Origin: Candidatus Omnitrophota bacterium
GTDB lineage: Bacteria > Omnitrophota > Gorgyraeia > Zapsychrales > Zapsychraceae
Direction of reading: 5' to 3'
DNA: 64,000 nt
NCBI GenBank assembly: GCA_020429915.1
Contig: JAGQKV010000018.1
Location: 69,770-133,769 of the forward strand
Made by a program: the position numbers and the translations under genes. The first letter of the stretch is position 1; every line of letters starts with the position of its first letter. Below are positions 62,201 through 64,000 of the stretch, piece after piece. Below the pieces are notes generated by a model. The model saw only the letters and a list, made by a program, of their open reading frames with translations, searched no databases and was not told where the DNA came from.

Positions 62201-63779
62201 AGGAATAACGCAACGTAAAGCCGAGCATTTTGACATAACCTTTGCGCCGCCGGTAGAGCCACTCTTCGAATCGGATCAGTAGGCCGCGTTTCTTGGTCTC
62301 GTGATGCGACTGCAAGATACGCGCGCACATCATCGGTGCCAGCGTCAGCGCAACGAATGTCGAGATGATGACGCTGAATGAAATGGCGACGGCAAATTCA
62401 ATGAACAGCCGACCGGTATCGCTTGTCTGAAAGGCCATCGGCAGAAAAACCGCGACCAGCGCCACGGTCGTCGCGATAACCGCGAAACCGATCTCCTTCA
62501 TCCCTTTGTACGCCGCTTCACGGGGCGGCATACCGTCTTCGATATGCCGGTGAATATTCTCTAAGACCACAATGGCATCGTCCACCACCAGTCCGATAGC
62601 CAGTACGAAGGCCAGCATGGTGATCACGTTGATCGAATAACCGAACATGTAGAGGATCCCGAAGGTGGCGGCAATGGACACCGGGATCGTGACCGCCGGA
62701 ATAAGCGTAGCGCGGAAATTGTGCAGAAAGATATAAATGACGAAGACCACCAGGAAGAAAGCCATCCCGAGCGTGATCCATACTTCCTTGATCGATTTCT
62801 CAATAAAGACCGACTCGTCGTAAGCGATATTGTAGTTGATCCCCTCCGGCATCAGCGGAATGATTTCCTCCATCTCCGCCTTGATGCCGTCGGCCACCTC
62901 AATGATATTGGCCTTGGACTGCTTAATGATCCCCAAACCGACGGCCGGTTCGGTATTGTAACGGGCCGCGGACCTCTCGTCCTCGACCCCCACTTCCGCA
63001 AAACCGATATCGCGCAAGCGCACCAGCTCATCACCCTGGCGCAGGATAACCATATTATCGTACTCCTCAGGGGTCTTGAGCTGAGCCTGGGTCTCGATGG
63101 CCAGTTCGCGCTGAAGGCTTTCAACACGCCCGCTGGGCAGCTCCACGCTTTGCTCGTTCAAGGCCCGCTGAACGTCCAACACGGTGACGCGGTGGGCCGC
63201 CATTTTGTCCGCATCCAGCCGGATGCGGATGGCAAAACGTTTGGATCCTCCCAAGATGACGGAACTCACCCCCGGCACGGTCTGCAGGCGGTCCTTGAAT
63301 AAATTCTCGCCGATGGTGGTCAACTCAAGAGTCGAGAATCGTTCGCTGTACAAGGCGACCCAGATGGAAGGACTCGCGTCGGCGTCTTGCTTGGACACGA
63401 TCGGCTCTTCAATATCGTCCGGCAACCTTCCCCGCACACGGGCCACGCGGTCACGCACGTCCTGGGCGGCGATGTCGACATCCTCTGACAGATCAAACTC
63501 GATGGTGATGGAACTCAGCTGCTCGCGACTTTCCGAAGTGATCTTCTTGATCCCCTCGACACTGGACAGGGCGTCCTCCAAAGGCTCGGTGATCTGGGTC
63601 TCGATGACCGCGGCATTCGCACCGGGATAAACCGTCTGCACGTTTACGATCGGCGGATCGATATCAGGCAGCTCGCGTACCGGCAGACGGGTCAATCCCA
63701 CCACACCGAACAACACCAGCAGGAGGCTCATCATCGTCGCCAGAACCGGACGTTCAATGCTGATCTCAGATAATTTCAT
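59205..63779 (-). CDS. RND efflux permease (AcrB/HAE1-like, ~1050 aa) continuous in-frame with an outer-membrane factor (NodT/TolC-family lipoprotein, ~470 aa)
   Basis: Single 1524-aa ORF. N-terminal part MKLSEISIERPVLATMMSLLLVLFGV.. with 12 TM and two large periplasmic loops; after ..VLLNRRRRTKNVPPAAKQTTPP the frame continues into VKAAAAVILILCLTASGCQPLVG.. (signal-like segment + lipobox Cys at ~60572) and two TolC-like coiled repeats. No in-frame ATG/GTG/TTG or stop at the junction (~60570-60700). Confidence 0.7.
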   Translation of the reverse strand: MKLSEISIERPVLATMMSLLLVLFGVVGLTRLPVRELPDIDPPIVNVQTVYPGANAAVIETQITEPLEDALSSVEGIKKITSESREQLSSITIEFDLSEDVDIAAQDVRDRVARVRGRLPDDIEEPIVSKQDADASPSIWVALYSERFSTLELTTIGENLFKDRLQTVPGVSSVILGGSKRFAIRIRLDADKMAAHRVTVLDVQRALNEQSVELPSGRVESLQRELAIETQAQLKTPEEYDNMVILRQGDELVRLRDIGFAEVGVEDERSAARYNTEPAVGLGIIKQSKANIIEVADGIKAEMEEIIPLMPEGINYNIAYDESVFIEKSIKEVWITLGMAFFLVVFVIYIFLHNFRATLIPAVTIPVSIAATFGILYMFGYSINVITMLAFVLAIGLVVDDAIVVLENIHRHIEDGMPPREAAYKGMKEIGFAVIATTVALVAVFLPMAFQTSDTGRLFIEFAVAISFSVIISTFVALTLAPMMCARILQSHHETKKRGLLIRFEEWLYRRRKGYVKMLGFTLRYSFLILLLCVGVVAGAFYFYNHLDSEFLPEEDKGRLFIIAIAPEGATSEYTDRMVRKMEDIISNTPEVQGFFSAVALARGGPGQASQGLSFIRLKENRDRHVRDIVNGPTGLAGQFFMNIEGALVIPIIPKAIGRGFSQPFQLVLQHQDLDELNRIATEFSQTLRQAGYLANVRSSFELNKPELRIRINRDRAAVLGVSVRDISQVLQILFGGLDLARVNLGGKEYDVIVQLERKSRLSPTDLEDIYIRNQEGKLIQLINLIDYEAGGGPSTINHFNRLRSATIEATPRDVPMGEAITRTEALLAQLDERGLRYDWNGEAADLREAGSETLFVILLAILIIYMVLAAQFESLKDPLVILFTLPLSIFGALGSLWLMAKLDAAIVAAVGSESFLASWPRIPAMGINLFSQIGMIMLIGIVTKNGILLVDFANQEMNKGKDAARAMMAAGKMRFRPILMTAFSTIAGILPIAIGFGAGAESRRPLGVAAVGGIALGTFLTLLVIPAVYVLLNRRRRTKNVPPAAKQTTPPVKAAAAVILILCLTASGCQPLVGKDYQRPELTIPSNWSLTERGRWKAASPGDDTDRGRWWRIYKDERLNDLQELALANNHNVKSAVANVERARFLARVSQSEFYPEIDFNPKYERSRTTKNSFNSTSAGTKSFASSFYSAPFDLSYELDFWGRVRRGFESARAEAEVTRAELYSVRLILTADVAANYFQLRQLDSQIDIIDEAIKLRQYAVDVVQERVQGGVTSELDFNRAKTELAKAKTDRVDIMRRRREIETALAVLCGQLPGDFKVDKKPLKIEDVPDVPVILPSDLLERRPDIAMAERKVAAANARIGVAEAAFFPRVTLSASGGVRSVEFDNLGEWESRFWAVGPEVEWPIFSGGRNKANLNASESEYLGTVEDYRQTVLEAIGDVETSMSNINYYQEQAKVQYSVLTSSRETAKLSISRYREGLVTFLEVIDAERSRLDAELQATQILSQRLLATVQLIKSIGGGW

Positions 63780-64000
63780 AGAATTTCTTTTCGCTAAGGT
63801 CTTCGAAACGGACGTTCACTTTGGATCCGGGGCCGATTTTTTGATAGCCTTCGGTCACCACAACCTCATCGGCCTCCAACCCGGTGACGATCTCCACCAT
63901 CCCCTCGCGGCGGGTCCCGACGGTTACCTGTTTCAGGGCCACGGTGTCATCTTCTCCGACCGTGTACACCGAGACACTATCCCCTTTAATAATCAGGGCG
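63766..64000 (-). CDS. RND efflux membrane fusion protein (periplasmic adaptor), C-terminal end; gene continues beyond right edge
   Basis: ..GDSVSVYTVGEDDTVALKQVTVGTRREGMVEIVTGLEADEVVVTEGYQKIGPGSKVNVRF.. typical MFP C-terminal beta-barrel/MP domain; 14-nt overlap with permease start. Confidence 0.65.
   Translation of the reverse strand, partial: ALIIKGDSVSVYTVGEDDTVALKQVTVGTRREGMVEIVTGLEADEVVVTEGYQKIGPGSKVNVRFEDLSEKKFYEII

Overview
High-GC (~58-60%) bacterial chromosomal segment, almost entirely coding and mostly on the minus strand. No rRNA, tRNA, CRISPR array or recognisable transposase/integrase was seen.

(1) 1-18.2 kb: a large exopolysaccharide locus of the exosortase/PEP-CTERM (EpsH-system) type, a described class of system. 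It contains a Wza-like exporter, Wzz-like chain-length determinant, ExeA-like secretion ATPase, stand-alone BY-kinase, Wzx-type flippase, O-antigen-ligase-like polymerase, one GT2 and seven GT4 glycosyltransferases (one partial at the left edge) and a secreted beta-helix protein. A short MerR-type HTH gene heads the operon, preceded by a perfect sigma-54 promoter (TGGCAC-N5-TTGC), and rpoN lies immediately adjacent. No exosortase gene was found in the window.

(2) 20-33 kb: EEP-family membrane protein, cupin, SAM-dependent methyltransferase, acyltransferase_3, GT2, glnS, a divergent pair of a multi-pass membrane protein and a secreted HPADKSK-repeat protein, a PEP-CTERM surface protein with a strong bidirectional terminator, and a secreted clan GH-A glycoside hydrolase.

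(3) 33.2-38.8 kb: rex-hoxEFUYH, an NAD-linked bidirectional [NiFe] hydrogenase operon with candidate Rex operator palindromes upstream.

(4) 39.8-48.2 kb: one 2800-aa secreted giant protein with two GHKL/Hsp90-sacsin-like ATPase motifs, a long PD40/WD40-type beta-propeller region and an HExxH motif. This is the most unusual element in the window.

(5) 48.3-64 kb: GT4, a DUF2064 / GT2 / AS3MT(ArsM)-like methyltransferase / GT-C (DUF2029-like) / DPM1-like GT2 cassette, two tandem paralogous small secreted proteins, hemL, a hemC-cobA-hemD triple fusion, and RND efflux genes in which the permease and the outer-membrane factor form a single in-frame 1524-aa ORF.

A family of ~100-140 bp palindromic repeat elements built on GTGATGAGTGATGATCC occurs three times in intergenic DNA. 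The ORF track uses first-possible (including TTG/GTG) starts, so several N-termini are over-extended; starts were re-assessed where the sequence allowed.
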